A stretch of DNA of 64,000 nucleotides from a phage. The position numbers and the translations under genes were made by a program. The notes beneath the pieces are model-generated. The model searched no databases and was not told where the DNA came from. It saw only the letters and a list, made by a program, of their open reading frames with translations. The stretch lies in the NCBI GenBank assembly GCA_009015555.1, contig GCA_009015555.1_3613.1; one strand, 5' to 3'. This document shows, piece by piece, positions 26,699-36,576 of this stretch; within the stretch, counting starts at the first letter, position 1; every line of letters begins with the position of its first letter.

Positions 26699-27444
26699 TA
26701 CTGCTCCTTCAAGTCACGCTCACGCGCCTTAACCACTGCCTTACAGAACGGGCTACGGACGATATCGTCACTGGAACCTTCGACAAACTCTGCCAGATGG
26801 AAGAGGTTGTGACGATCGATAAACTCAATCGCCCAGTCCAGCCCGGATTCACGGCCCTTCATGTCGTTCTGGGTAATGTCACCCAGGCAGAACATCTTGG
26901 AACCTTCACCCAGTCGTGTCATGATCGTATATGCGGTCTCTTCGTCCGTGTTCTGAAACTCGTCGATAATAACCACAGAATCCTCAAAGGATCGACCACG
27001 CACGTACTCCAGAGGAACGAACTCGATGTTCTTGTTGTTCAACTGGGTCTCGTAGTAGTTCGCCCCGTAGCGATCTTTGATCACCTGAACCAGTGCCGCG
27101 AGGTACGGTTCAAATTTCTCTCTGATATCACCCGGCAGCAGGCCCAAACTGTTCCCCATACCCACGGTTGGGCGGGACAGGACGATCTTTTTAATCTTCC
27201 CAGATTTGAGCCAGTCAATGACGGTACTCATCACAACGAAAGTCTTACCAGTGCCAGCGGGGCCGTTTACGAAAACGGCATCCTTCTGGTTTACCGCGCT
27301 CAAAAGGCTTTTCTGGAAGTGGGTCCGGGTCTGGATAGCCTTAGCCAGTTCAACTTCCTCGCGGGCGCGGGGTGTTACCACACGCTCACGACTTGCCTTC
27401 TTCTCACGACGAGATTGACGCTCTTGACGATTGTTATGACGCAT
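26698..27444 (-). CDS. phoH: PhoH-like ATPase
   Basis: Walker A VNGPAGTGKTF, Walker B VIIDEFQN, RBS GGAGG. Confidence 0.85.
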   Translation of the reverse strand: MRHNNRQERQSRREKKASRERVVTPRAREEVELAKAIQTRTHFQKSLLSAVNQKDAVFVNGPAGTGKTFVVMSTVIDWLKSGKIKKIVLSRPTVGMGNSLGLLPGDIREKFEPYLAALVQVIKDRYGANYYETQLNNKNIEFVPLEYVRGRSFEDSVVIIDEFQNTDEETAYTIMTRLGEGSKMFCLGDITQNDMKGRESGLDWAIEFIDRHNLFHLAEFVEGSSDDIVRSPFCKAVVKARERDLKEQ

Positions 27445-27488
27445 AGTACCTCCGAAAGCTGTTTATGGCCCCCGGCGGGGGCCGTCAG

Positions 27489-28082
27489 TTACTTCTGGCA
27501 AAGGCCCAGTTCAACGTTGTACTCCGGCATTTCCCGGAACACACGGTCGTACCACCCGTAGGTGAACTCCTCGTTGGCCTGACGCTTCTCACTGATGTCT
27601 GTGTAATAAGACACCTGATGACAGGTCAGTGCGAATGCAAGAACGTTGATGCCCTTGTCTCCACGCGCCTTCTGGAACGCCTTCAGGGCAGCAAGGGTAT
27701 TTTTACCCATGCCTCCATCTGTGGCAATATCTCCGTAGAGTTTGCCCTGGCGATTCAGTACGTTCAACATACGCTGAAGAGTCTTGACTGCGTTTGCACG
27801 TCCGGAGTTGATCCCGAAGTCAAACAGGCGGTCGGCGATAGCCGGGCTGATAGCCAAGATATCATCCAACCACATACGCTGCCACCAACCACGGTCATAA
27901 ATGTCCAAGGCTTGGGCCACTGTCAAGTCTTTCATCGCGCCTTTATACCCGAACTCCCTTGCCGTTGCAATGGTGATCCCATGATTGGTTTCACCACCAA
28001 GGTCGTTCTTGTTGTTGACATACCCAGCCTCGATATTCACCTTGGCGCGGATAATGCCTTCTTTACTAAAGCGTACTGGCAC
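27489..28082 (-). CDS. peptidoglycan hydrolase-like protein (GH108 N-terminal domain + PG-binding-like C-terminus), GTG start
   Basis: EAGYVNNKNDLGGETNHGIT signature; RBS GGAG before GTG. Confidence 0.65.
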   Translation of the reverse strand: MPVRFSKEGIIRAKVNIEAGYVNNKNDLGGETNHGITIATAREFGYKGAMKDLTVAQALDIYDRGWWQRMWLDDILAISPAIADRLFDFGINSGRANAVKTLQRMLNVLNRQGKLYGDIATDGGMGKNTLAALKAFQKARGDKGINVLAFALTCHQVSYYTDISEKRQANEEFTYGWYDRVFREMPEYNVELGLCQK

Positions 28083-28091
28083 TACAACTCC

Positions 28092-28505
28092 TTATTGCAG
28101 GGTCGGCTTACTGACGACGCCATAAAGAAGCTCCTGCTGCGCTTCTTGAAGCGCCGGGACGAGTTGCAGGTTCATCTCTGCAATCGCATCCTGATAAAGA
28201 ATATCTGCGTGGTACTGCTTCAGGTGCTCCGGAGCCAACGTCGCCAAATGTTCAGCAAACAGGTTCTGGAGGCGGTTCCGATAATCTTCACCGGACAATT
28301 GATCAACCAGTTTCTCCTGGTCTTTAATCCGGCGCAGATCGTCGGCAGTTTTGTCTTCAATGTCCTGGAGAAACTCCAGGGTATCGACAGCCACTTCGAT
28401 TTGCGGTTCAATGTTGATTTCCGCAAGACGGATAGCCACGTCATGGAGAATGTCCAGTTCCGCTTCTTCCGGGGATACCACGATGTTCTCAGCCAGTGCT
28501 GTCAT
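28092..28505 (-). CDS. hypothetical acidic protein
   Basis: Track ORF 28092..28550; internal ATG with RBS AGGAG chosen. Confidence 0.45.
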   Translation of the reverse strand: MTALAENIVVSPEEAELDILHDVAIRLAEINIEPQIEVAVDTLEFLQDIEDKTADDLRRIKDQEKLVDQLSGEDYRNRLQNLFAEHLATLAPEHLKQYHADILYQDAIAEMNLQLVPALQEAQQELLYGVVSKPTLQ

Positions 28506-28515
28506 TCCCTTCTCC

Positions 28516-28803
28516 TTACAGTTCGCCAATGTCGAAATCGCCAGCTTCAACGACCTCTTTTTCAGACTCGAAATGAGCCACTAACTCAGTGTACCCGCCG
28601 ATGTACCGATCGTCAAGGAAAATCTGCGGCACGGTAGCAGCAGGTCGTCCAGTCGCATCTTTCACCCAAGCGTTCATTTGCATAAAGAACACTTCGTCCT
28701 CTAAAACATCCTTGTATGTGAACTCCAACAGTTTTGACTGGAGAAGCTCCTTGGCCCGTACACAGTACGGACAGTTTTCCTTGCCGAAGACCGTAAAGTA
28801 CAT
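28516..28803 (-). CDS. glutaredoxin/NrdH-like redoxin (CPYC)
   Basis: FGKENCPYCVRAKELL; adjacent to RNR genes. Confidence 0.8.
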   Translation of the reverse strand: MYFTVFGKENCPYCVRAKELLQSKLLEFTYKDVLEDEVFFMQMNAWVKDATGRPAATVPQIFLDDRYIGGYTELVAHFESEKEVVEAGDFDIGEL

Positions 28804-29030
28804 CAAACCTCCACAAACATAGCCAGTACCGGGGATTTGGCGTCGAAATAATCGACATGTGCTTCCAGCGGGCCGTGATTTTCAAAAGTGCCCAGCGTAT
28901 GAGGGATACCCTCTGCATCATACACCAGATTCAGATCTTTGCTGTATTTGTACACCGAGCCAGCCTTGAACGGATTGTTCATGGATTTGGCAACCACCTT
29001 GCAGTACAAATCTTGTAGGTCTTCCATCAT
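28803..29030 (-). CDS. hypothetical protein (75 aa)
   Basis: Track ORF. Confidence 0.5.
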   Translation of the reverse strand: MMEDLQDLYCKVVAKSMNNPFKAGSVYKYSKDLNLVYDAEGIPHTLGTFENHGPLEAHVDYFDAKSPVLAMFVEV

Positions 29031-29248
29031 TCCTCCACAATTTCAAAAGTCGCCACAATGGCGCTGTCTTCATCACAACAAGCGGCACGGACCGTAACCC
29101 CATCTGGTTCCAATTCCCAGTTGTGATCAGTCTCGTCTATGGAGTCGTTGTCAGCAACACCATACTCCAAATCTGCCCCGTACACCTTTCCGACGGTGAA
29201 GAACTTTCCATACCCATTGCCAACGGTCTTACATTTCAGCTTTGCCAT
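29027..29248 (-). CDS. hypothetical protein (73 aa)
   Basis: Track ORF. Confidence 0.5.
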   Translation of the reverse strand: MAKLKCKTVGNGYGKFFTVGKVYGADLEYGVADNDSIDETDHNWELEPDGVTVRAACCDEDSAIVATFEIVEE

Positions 29249-29257
29249 AAAACCTCC

Positions 29258-30355
29258 TTACAGGTCCATATTGAAATCTTCGGCAGACATAGAGGAATCA
29301 ACCTGGCCGGACAGATACTGACCGTTCTCGGTTTCCTGCGGTGTTACCTGCACATTACCGGTATTCAGGTGGCTGTTGATCCAAGGGATTGGGTTCTTGG
29401 TCGGTTTTCCGATCAGTTCACCAAGGCCAACCGCCCGCATACGTTGATCTGTGATGTAGTCGATGTAACCGTCCAGCATACCTTTGTTCAGACCGATCAT
29501 CGAACCGTCTTTGAACAGGAAGCTGCCCCAGTCTTTCTCCTGCACCGATGCGTCGATAAAGCCCTGTCGTGCCTCTTCGTAGCAATCCTCTGCTACACGA
29601 GCAAACAGATCACCTTCGTTACCGTTCTGCATTTCTTTCAGCATATACTGGGTGCCGGACAAATGCAAGGCTTCATCACGGGCAATCAGTTCAATAATGT
29701 TGGTGTTGCCCAGCATTACCCCGCGCTCGCCGAACGCAAATGAGCAGGCGAAGCTCACGTAGAAGCGGATCGCTTCCAGTGCGTTGATATTGTGCAGGCA
29801 CAGGTACAGCGCACGGGCATGAGTGTACGGGTCAACCGGAAGGTTTAGGGCCTTGCGGCAGTTCAGTTCGTACAGGTCATCATACATCTTCGTCACCGCC
29901 TCGGCGCGGGCGATAATCTCCGGCGACTTCATGATGTCGTCAAAGACGATCGACGGATCTGCCAGGATGTTACGGATGATATGGGTGTATGAGCGAGAGT
30001 GGATAGTCTCACTGAACGCCCAAGTCTCGACCCATGTTTCCAAGGTTGTGTCGGACACGATCGGGAGCAGAACTGCGTTCGGCCCACGGCCCTGTACAGA
30101 ATCCAGAAGGATCTGGTACTTCAGGTTGCTGATGAAGATGTGCTTCTCGTGATCCGGCAGATTCATGTAGTCGATACGGTCACGGGTCACGTTAACTTCT
30201 TCCGGACGCCAGAAGAACGCCAGTTGCTTCTCGATCAGCTTCTCGAACTTGGCGTGTTTCTGCTGGTCATAACGAGAAACGTTCGGTGTCTCGCCGAGGA
30301 ACATCGGCTGAGTCAGGAAATCGAATTTGTTCTGGTTGAAAGTGCTGTAAGACAT
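29258..30355 (-). CDS. nrdB: ribonucleoside-diphosphate reductase beta subunit (class Ia)
   Basis: Full-length R2 homolog; start at ATG with RBS AAGGAG (track ORF extends to 30388). Confidence 0.95.
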   Translation of the reverse strand: MSYSTFNQNKFDFLTQPMFLGETPNVSRYDQQKHAKFEKLIEKQLAFFWRPEEVNVTRDRIDYMNLPDHEKHIFISNLKYQILLDSVQGRGPNAVLLPIVSDTTLETWVETWAFSETIHSRSYTHIIRNILADPSIVFDDIMKSPEIIARAEAVTKMYDDLYELNCRKALNLPVDPYTHARALYLCLHNINALEAIRFYVSFACSFAFGERGVMLGNTNIIELIARDEALHLSGTQYMLKEMQNGNEGDLFARVAEDCYEEARQGFIDASVQEKDWGSFLFKDGSMIGLNKGMLDGYIDYITDQRMRAVGLGELIGKPTKNPIPWINSHLNTGNVQVTPQETENGQYLSGQVDSSMSAEDFNMDL

Positions 30356-30425
30356 TGTTTTCTCCTTTTCTCTAAACTTGCGGTCCATTATACGGATGCC
30401 GGACCAAGTGTCAATACCCTAAGAC

Positions 30426-30450
30426 AGAAAAACCGCCCCGAAGGGCGGTT
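30426..30450 (-). terminator. rho-independent terminator
   Basis: ACCGCCC-TTCG-GGGCGGT with flanking T-runs. Confidence 0.5.
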
Positions 30451-30452
30451 TA

Positions 30453-30623
30453 TTATTTGAGGATCTTCTGCATGTCACGGTAGATCGCTTTGTGGTCACG
30501 ACACGAGCACAGATTCACCTTGTATGCGTTGTTGATGAGAGTCTTCTTCTCCAACGGCCCATACGTCTTGGTCCAACTGATCATCCGCCAGCGGCGATAG
30601 ATGAACCACCATAACACAGTCAT
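30453..30623 (-). CDS. small hypothetical protein (W/R-rich)
   Basis: Track ORF 30453..30659; weak. Confidence 0.3.
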   Translation of the reverse strand: MTVLWWFIYRRWRMISWTKTYGPLEKKTLINNAYKVNLCSCRDHKAIYRDMQKILK

Positions 30624-30631
30624 ACTGCCCC

Positions 30632-32890
30632 TTACAGTTTGCAAGCCCCGCCGCCGCAACCATCGTCTTCCTGATCGTTGCCGTCTTTGGTCTCTTGGTA
30701 ATACAGAGTCTTCAGTCCGTGTTTATACGCCCACATAATGTCACGCAGCACGACCTTGATCGGCAGCTTTCCGCCCGGGAAGTCCCACGGCTTGTAGAAC
30801 GTATTCGCCGATGCCGCCTGGTCGATGAACTTCTGCATGATTGCCACGAGAGTCAGGTAAGGAATAGGCGAAGCCATGTCCCACTTGTACTCGTAAACCA
30901 CACTTGGGTCACCTACCCCCGGCACCAACACTGGCAGCATACCCGCTCCGGATTTCTTGAAGGAAATCGCATCACGAGGTGGCTCAAAACCATTCGTGGA
31001 GTTAGTGATCTGGCTGGATGTCTCGCAAGGCATCATCGTGGACAGCGTGGAGTTACGCAGGCCATGAATCGCGATATCGACACGCAGCTTTTCCCAGTCC
31101 ATCTTCAGTTCCGCAGTGTGGAGAGCATCCACCTCTTTTTTGTAACGGTCGATCGGCAGAATGCCCTGAGAGTAAGTGGTCTCGTGGAAGAGATCACATT
31201 TGCCCAGTTCTTTTGCCAGGTCAACCGACGCTTCCAGTAGGTAATACTGGAATGCTTCAGCCAGTTCGTGAACAGCGTTAGCTGCACGAGGGTCGCTGTA
31301 CTTCATCCCGCGCTTCGCCAGGTAGTACGCGAGGTTGGTCCAGCCAATCCCCAGTGTACGGCGCAGCTTGGTCTTCTCTGCCGCCAGAACCGGGTAGTTC
31401 TGATAGTCCAGCAGTCGGTCCAGAGCACGAACCAGTGTACGGACAGGCTCACGCATGTCTTCCGGCTTCTCGATCTTGCCAAGGTTAATGGCAGACAGAG
31501 TACACAGGGCTACCTCGCCCGGGTCTTCTGGATCGTTAATGTCGTTGATCGGATGCGTCGGCAGCGCGATCTCCATACACAGGTTGGACTGCTTCACCGG
31601 GGCCTGTTTAGGGTCAAACGGGCTGTTGGTATTACAGTGGTCAACGTGCTGAACATAAATACGACCAGTTTGTGAACGCTCCTGCCCAAAGACAGAGAAT
31701 GCGTCCGCCGCAGGGATAGACTTCTTCGCCACGGAAGGATCTGCTTCCAGTTCCTCGTAAAGCTGTTGGAATTTCTCCTGATCAGAGAAGAAATATTCGT
31801 ACAGCTTACCGCCAGCCACGTTCGGGTGGAACAACGTGATGTTCTTGCCCTGCTGGAGGCGGGTATAAAGCAGCTTGTTGATCTGGAGGCCGTAGTCCAC
31901 ATGGCGAGCACGAGTGCTCTCGGTGCCACGATTGTTCTTCAGAACGATCAGGCTCTCAAAATCCCAGTGCCACATCGGGTAGAAATAGTTAGCCGATGCC
32001 TTACGGACGCCGCCCTGAGAGGTCCACCCAAGAGACTCTTGGTACATGCGGACAATCGGCACGGTGCCTGCGTGTTTAACCTCACCACCACGAATGGCAG
32101 AATCCTGACCACGAATCATGCCGAAGTTCAGGCCGATCCCGGCTCGTTGAGCCGCATATTTACCCTGCGCCGTGTTGGCGTTAAAGATCTGGTCGATATT
32201 ATCACCAGACTCAATCAGTACGCAAGAGCTAAACTGACGGGTCGGGGTACGAACACCCGCCATGATCGGGGTCGGTAAAGACACCTTCATCAGCGATACG
32301 TTCTCGTACAGGTCAACAATACGTTCCAGACGGGTCTTTTTGTCTTCCTGTGACAACAGGCCCATTGCAATCAGCATCAGCGCCATCTGAGGGGATTCAT
32401 AAATCTCCCCGGTGACGCGGTGCTTGACCAGGTACTTGTCTTCGTACTGACGCATTGCTGCGTAAGTGTAATCGAAGTCGCGGTCGTGAACGATCTTGTC
32501 ATTCAGGAAAGCAATCTCATCACGGGTGTAATCGTCCAGCAGGTGGCGGTCGTACTTGCCGTTGCCCACGTTCAGATAAATCTGATGGAACAGATCGAAC
32601 GGCTGGAAATCACCATATGCCTCTTTGCGGATCTTGAACAGCAGCAGTCGTGCAGCAGCGTACTGGTAATCCGGATTCTGAACACTAATCAGGTCGGATG
32701 CCGCCTTAATCAGGGTTTCGTGGATGGCCTTTGTTGTTACTCCATCGAACATTTGAATCTGGGCTTTCATAAGGATCTCTGATGCACACACATCGAGACC
32801 TTCACATGCCCACTCTACCACACGGTTAGCCTTCTCGGCATCGAACTTCTCTGTCGCGCCGGAATTTTTTACAACATTAATGCTGGTCAA
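30632..32890 (-). CDS. nrdA: ribonucleoside-diphosphate reductase alpha subunit (class Ia), TTG start
   Basis: 752 aa R1 homolog; C-terminal CGGGACKL; RBS GGAG upstream of TTG. Confidence 0.95.
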   Translation of the reverse strand: MTSINVVKNSGATEKFDAEKANRVVEWACEGLDVCASEILMKAQIQMFDGVTTKAIHETLIKAASDLISVQNPDYQYAAARLLLFKIRKEAYGDFQPFDLFHQIYLNVGNGKYDRHLLDDYTRDEIAFLNDKIVHDRDFDYTYAAMRQYEDKYLVKHRVTGEIYESPQMALMLIAMGLLSQEDKKTRLERIVDLYENVSLMKVSLPTPIMAGVRTPTRQFSSCVLIESGDNIDQIFNANTAQGKYAAQRAGIGLNFGMIRGQDSAIRGGEVKHAGTVPIVRMYQESLGWTSQGGVRKASANYFYPMWHWDFESLIVLKNNRGTESTRARHVDYGLQINKLLYTRLQQGKNITLFHPNVAGGKLYEYFFSDQEKFQQLYEELEADPSVAKKSIPAADAFSVFGQERSQTGRIYVQHVDHCNTNSPFDPKQAPVKQSNLCMEIALPTHPINDINDPEDPGEVALCTLSAINLGKIEKPEDMREPVRTLVRALDRLLDYQNYPVLAAEKTKLRRTLGIGWTNLAYYLAKRGMKYSDPRAANAVHELAEAFQYYLLEASVDLAKELGKCDLFHETTYSQGILPIDRYKKEVDALHTAELKMDWEKLRVDIAIHGLRNSTLSTMMPCETSSQITNSTNGFEPPRDAISFKKSGAGMLPVLVPGVGDPSVVYEYKWDMASPIPYLTLVAIMQKFIDQAASANTFYKPWDFPGGKLPIKVVLRDIMWAYKHGLKTLYYQETKDGNDQEDDGCGGGACKL

Positions 32891-32908
32891 GCGGATCTCC
32901 TTATTGAA

Positions 32909-33139
32909 TTACTTAGCTTCAGGCTTTTTGACTTCGTACTGCTCAACATCTTCCTCGGAAGCCGCACCGAGGCGGATTGTTTTACCGGAGTACGGGTCGT
33001 GGTACGTATCGTCGTAACCCATCGACTCATCACACAGGTCGTTGAACTGCAACCAGCCAATGTACTCGGCTTTGCTTTGGAAGCCACGTTTGAACCACTT
33101 AGTCTGCTCGTCCGGAACAGCATTGTTTTTCTTTGCCAT
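32909..33139 (-). CDS. hypothetical protein (76 aa)
   Basis: Track ORF. Confidence 0.5.
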   Translation of the reverse strand: MAKKNNAVPDEQTKWFKRGFQSKAEYIGWLQFNDLCDESMGYDDTYHDPYSGKTIRLGAASEEDVEQYEVKKPEAK

Positions 33140-33141
33140 GA

Positions 33142-33636
33142 TTACGCTCCTTTCACCAGGTTGAAGATATCATCCATGTCGTCGAACTCTGGCAGGTCCA
33201 TGACAACAACGTCGCTACGATCCTCGCGTTTGGTGTACTTGCGGGTGTTGACCTTTTCCACAGATGGGATGTCGAACGCCAGGGAGTTCACCAGTGCAGC
33301 ACCCACGGCGCTGTTTACATCGAGGACATCTACTTTATCATAAATCCCCACGAACGGGAAGTCACGTTCATCACGCAGACGACCTGAGAAAATGGTTGTC
33401 GTGCGGAACATGTAAGGCTTATCAGCACATCGGACATTTACGCCGTCCATGCGGTCAATCTTGCATGGGACGTACAGACCAGTCTCTTCATTCAGGACAG
33501 AGACCTCAAATCCGATCAGGTGCAACACTTGGCGAAGAGTTTCCTTTTTCTTCATGTCCTTTCCAAGAAACTTTGCACACTCGACAATGAAATCCAGAGT
33601 CACAGAGCCATATTTAATATTTTTACCGAAAGCCAT
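33142..33636 (-). CDS. hypothetical protein (start at ATG with RBS GAGGAG)
   Basis: Track ORF 33142..33657. Confidence 0.5.
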   Translation of the reverse strand: MAFGKNIKYGSVTLDFIVECAKFLGKDMKKKETLRQVLHLIGFEVSVLNEETGLYVPCKIDRMDGVNVRCADKPYMFRTTTIFSGRLRDERDFPFVGIYDKVDVLDVNSAVGAALVNSLAFDIPSVEKVNTRKYTKREDRSDVVVMDLPEFDDMDDIFNLVKGA

Positions 33637-33717
33637 TCTACATCTCCTCGTACACAAATTCCGGGGCCAATGCCCCGGTCATAACAGAATAGGGTAAGGT
33701 TACTTCTTTGTCAAACT

Positions 33718-34764
33718 TTATTTAGCAAAATTGCTCAGGTTGTACCCACCAACTGCAACATGGCCCGGGATTAGCTGGCGATGCTGGATAAATCCCTTGA
33801 AATTGCCCGACCAGAAGTTTCCTTCGCGATCGACGTGCGTGATCCCTTTCTCCCAAGAGGATGGGCACCATGCCGCATTCAGCAACTGGCTCTCTGGGTA
33901 CTCACAATCATCAACCGTCTCTTCAATTTCACGACCCTGGTGTTCGAATGGAGAGGCATGTACCTTCTTCCCGGCAACCAGACGGGTGTAGATGTCCAGA
34001 GCCTTGTCCTTGGTGCTGTCCAGACGGCGATAGCTCACCTGACCACAACAAGAGGCAGAGATGCGGAGCGCCTCTTCTTCTGTCAGCATTACCGGGCGGT
34101 CATTTTCATCCAGAACGCAATAGCCTTCGAAGATGTGTGCGTCACCCTCCGGCCCGAAACCGTACACGTGGTCAACATACGGGGTGTGCCATACGCCCGC
34201 CGGGAGCCACTCCGGCTCGGAGTTATCCATCGCCTCCTTCATGAGGTTAGCCAGAACCTCGATCGTTGGGTCTGCATCAGCATCGACACGAAGCCACAGG
34301 AAGTTTTCCATTTCCGTTGTGGTCATGACCGTCTTCATCATCTGGAACGGTTCGATCAGACGGTTAGCGATCTGCTTGTGGAATTTGGCCTCTTCAAAAG
34401 CCAGTGCCACTTCGCAGGCGCGATCAGCCGCCTCGGCCCATGCGTCGCGCCCAGTCATTCCCTGCTCGTACTGCGGCAGGTAAACCAACGCATCATGCTC
34501 AACACCCTTGTCCTGCATACCCGGCTGGTTGGAGCCGAAGCGGACTGGCATTGCCATGTTTTCACGAATCAGCTTCACCATCGTCTTGATCGGTACAGCG
34601 CGAGATGACATCGCGTTACGGCTGAACAGTCGGTGAGTCATGAACTCACTGTGGATGATGCGAGGGTAAGTCAATTCAAAAGTCGTGATACGACCACTGC
34701 GCTGCCCCACAGAATCGGCGATGATCTGAACTTCGATATTGCCACGACTAAATACCTGACCCAT
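33718..34764 (-). CDS. thyX: ThyX-like flavin-dependent thymidylate synthase homolog with C-terminal extension
   Basis: ThyX-like motif THR-LFSRNAM-SSR (canonical RHR-x7-S-x-R) and preceding FELTYPRIIHSEF block. Confidence 0.6.
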   Translation of the reverse strand: MGQVFSRGNIEVQIIADSVGQRSGRITTFELTYPRIIHSEFMTHRLFSRNAMSSRAVPIKTMVKLIRENMAMPVRFGSNQPGMQDKGVEHDALVYLPQYEQGMTGRDAWAEAADRACEVALAFEEAKFHKQIANRLIEPFQMMKTVMTTTEMENFLWLRVDADADPTIEVLANLMKEAMDNSEPEWLPAGVWHTPYVDHVYGFGPEGDAHIFEGYCVLDENDRPVMLTEEEALRISASCCGQVSYRRLDSTKDKALDIYTRLVAGKKVHASPFEHQGREIEETVDDCEYPESQLLNAAWCPSSWEKGITHVDREGNFWSGNFKGFIQHRQLIPGHVAVGGYNLSNFAK

Positions 34765-34778
34765 AAAATCTCCTTTTA

Positions 34779-34982
34779 TTACTTCAACTTACGAATTTTG
34801 TAAGGAACAACAACATCATGCCTGACGGCAAGATACAAGTCAAGCATCTCCTTGCACATATCCTGCGTCACCCTGAAAGAAGTGAGCAGGTCTCCCTGCT
34901 CCGTTCTTACCTCAATATGCTCCCCGTATCGGACAACATATCGACCTTTTCCGCAACGCATTACAGGTTTTCCAGCAACCAA
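34779..34982 (-). CDS. hypothetical protein (67 aa)
   Basis: Track ORF. Confidence 0.4.
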   Translation of the reverse strand: MVAGKPVMRCGKGRYVVRYGEHIEVRTEQGDLLTSFRVTQDMCKEMLDLYLAVRHDVVVPYKIRKLK

Positions 34983-35572
34983 TCAGCGATTTCTTTCCAG
35001 TCCGCTGAAGTTAAGTCGTAATTGATGCGTGGCTCAACATCCTGACTGAAAGGCGTGTCGAACTTGATCTTAATCACGTCGTCCGGGAATTGATTCAGGA
35101 ACTGGTTCCGATCGTCAATGATTACCCCTCCAGCGACGCCCGCTTTAACCTTTGTGGCATAAAAACCGCTGCCGTCTGTCCCGTTGTCGAGATCAAGGAA
35201 CGGACAATGACGCTTCAGGAATCGTACCTTGCTGCTGAAGTGCCCCTTCTTGCAGTAAGATACGAAACGAATCGGGTGCCCGGCCTCGTGCAAACGACGA
35301 ATTGCATCCACTGCCCCGGCAATCGGCGTCATCTTGTCGTACAGATGAGGATCTTCCCAAAACTCATACGGCTCAATCGCCTCTTTGCAACGAGTCGGGA
35401 AGTATTTGGAGAGGTTGTAATTGAACAACCCCTTTTCCTCATAATCCTTGTCCATCAAATCAACGTCCGCAGGGATTTGATAGACACTTTCCATCCAGTA
35501 AAGCCAAGGCCACCCTGAATCAACGAACGTCAGATCTACATCTACCAGGATCGGGGTCTTAGTGAATGACAT
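34961..35572 (-). CDS. HAD-family 5'(3')-deoxyribonucleotidase-like protein
   Basis: ILVDVDLT N-terminal motif; start at ATG with RBS GGGAG (track to 35608). Confidence 0.5.
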   Translation of the reverse strand: MSFTKTPILVDVDLTFVDSGWPWLYWMESVYQIPADVDLMDKDYEEKGLFNYNLSKYFPTRCKEAIEPYEFWEDPHLYDKMTPIAGAVDAIRRLHEAGHPIRFVSYCKKGHFSSKVRFLKRHCPFLDLDNGTDGSGFYATKVKAGVAGGVIIDDRNQFLNQFPDDVIKIKFDTPFSQDVEPRINYDLTSADWKEIADWLLENL

Positions 35573-36218
35573 ACAGGTCGCTCCCTTTACAGTCTTGCAC
35601 AAAATCACAAATCTTACGGACCGTGCCGTTCAGATCGCCTTCTTCGTTCAGGATGTCAGTTTCATACATCCGAAGATGTTCAGGAAACTCTTTCGCATAG
35701 ATATATCGGCGAGAATCCCCATCGAAATTGTACTCCGTGCCATCTTTTTTCAGACGGTGGATTCGGACAAGGAAATAGTTGTCCGGGCCAACCACATTCA
35801 CAACCGGGATCGACTCCTCTAAGAAGCCCCCGTCGCTGACCACAACTACCAGTTGCACGTCTGCCGGGGTTTCATCCTTCAGCTTTTGCAACTTGGCGGC
35901 AAATGCCTTACCAAACACATCATTCCCAAATGTGGGCTTCATGATGTTCTCGGAGCAGTGGATCATCCAGTCACGAGGGCTGACGTTTACGCCGTTGATC
36001 TGGAGATACGGGCACGGCTTCTCTTTGTACTCACGCTCATACAGAGCGAACCACAGCTTACGGCTCAGGCCGGATGCCCGGATAGCGATATCGAACAGAA
36101 GTTCCTTGAACTCCATGTGGACGACTTCAAACCCCGGGGTGTTGATATAGCTGTGGAGACCTTCGCACAGTGCATCTTTTCCCGCGCCCGCCGGGGCATT
36201 CAAATTAATCAGAATCAT
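35559..36218 (-). CDS. P-loop nucleotide kinase (dNMP kinase-like)
   Basis: P-loop NAPAGAGKDA; start at ATG with RBS GGGAG (track to 36245). Confidence 0.55.
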   Translation of the reverse strand: MILINLNAPAGAGKDALCEGLHSYINTPGFEVVHMEFKELLFDIAIRASGLSRKLWFALYEREYKEKPCPYLQINGVNVSPRDWMIHCSENIMKPTFGNDVFGKAFAAKLQKLKDETPADVQLVVVVSDGGFLEESIPVVNVVGPDNYFLVRIHRLKKDGTEYNFDGDSRRYIYAKEFPEHLRMYETDILNEEGDLNGTVRKICDFVQDCKGSDLYVIH

Positions 36219-36529
36219 TAGTGCTCCCACTCCTCTCTGTACCATTTTGGCATAGGTGCCAAATAACCATTCACACGCTCAAGTTCGTTAAGGATCTTCT
36301 CTGCCGAACTTAATTTTGTAAAGCGGCGGAGGGTCTTCCACCCCTTGTAATGAACCGGGAGTTCAAAACACTCATAAGAGCCTTCGCAATACCTGAACTC
36401 TTGAACCCGATACTTAAAGAAATAAGCTCTCGGGTCGTACTGGATTCGATATTTGAACTGATCGCCATTATCCCGATGCGCCTGCTTTTTGTCAAGGGCC
36501 TTTTTCATTTCTTGGGAGATGAACATCAT
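36218..36529 (-). CDS. hypothetical protein (103 aa)
   Basis: Track ORF. Confidence 0.5.
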   Translation of the reverse strand: MMFISQEMKKALDKKQAHRDNGDQFKYRIQYDPRAYFFKYRVQEFRYCEGSYECFELPVHYKGWKTLRRFTKLSSAEKILNELERVNGYLAPMPKWYREEWEH

Positions 36530-36544
36530 TATCCTCCTGTTTCA

Positions 36545-36572
36545 AAAAGAAAAACCGCCCCGAAGGGCGGCT
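36545..36572 (-). terminator. rho-independent terminator
   Basis: GCCGCCC-TTCG-GGGCGGT followed by TTTTTCTTTTT on minus strand. Confidence 0.55.
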
Positions 36573-36576
36573 TGGG

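Noticed and set aside
27462-27478. Palindromic hairpin GGCCCCCGCCGGGGGCC between GH108 and PhoH genes as a terminator
   Set aside because: No U-run on either strand; more likely an RNA processing or attenuation stem than an intrinsic terminator.
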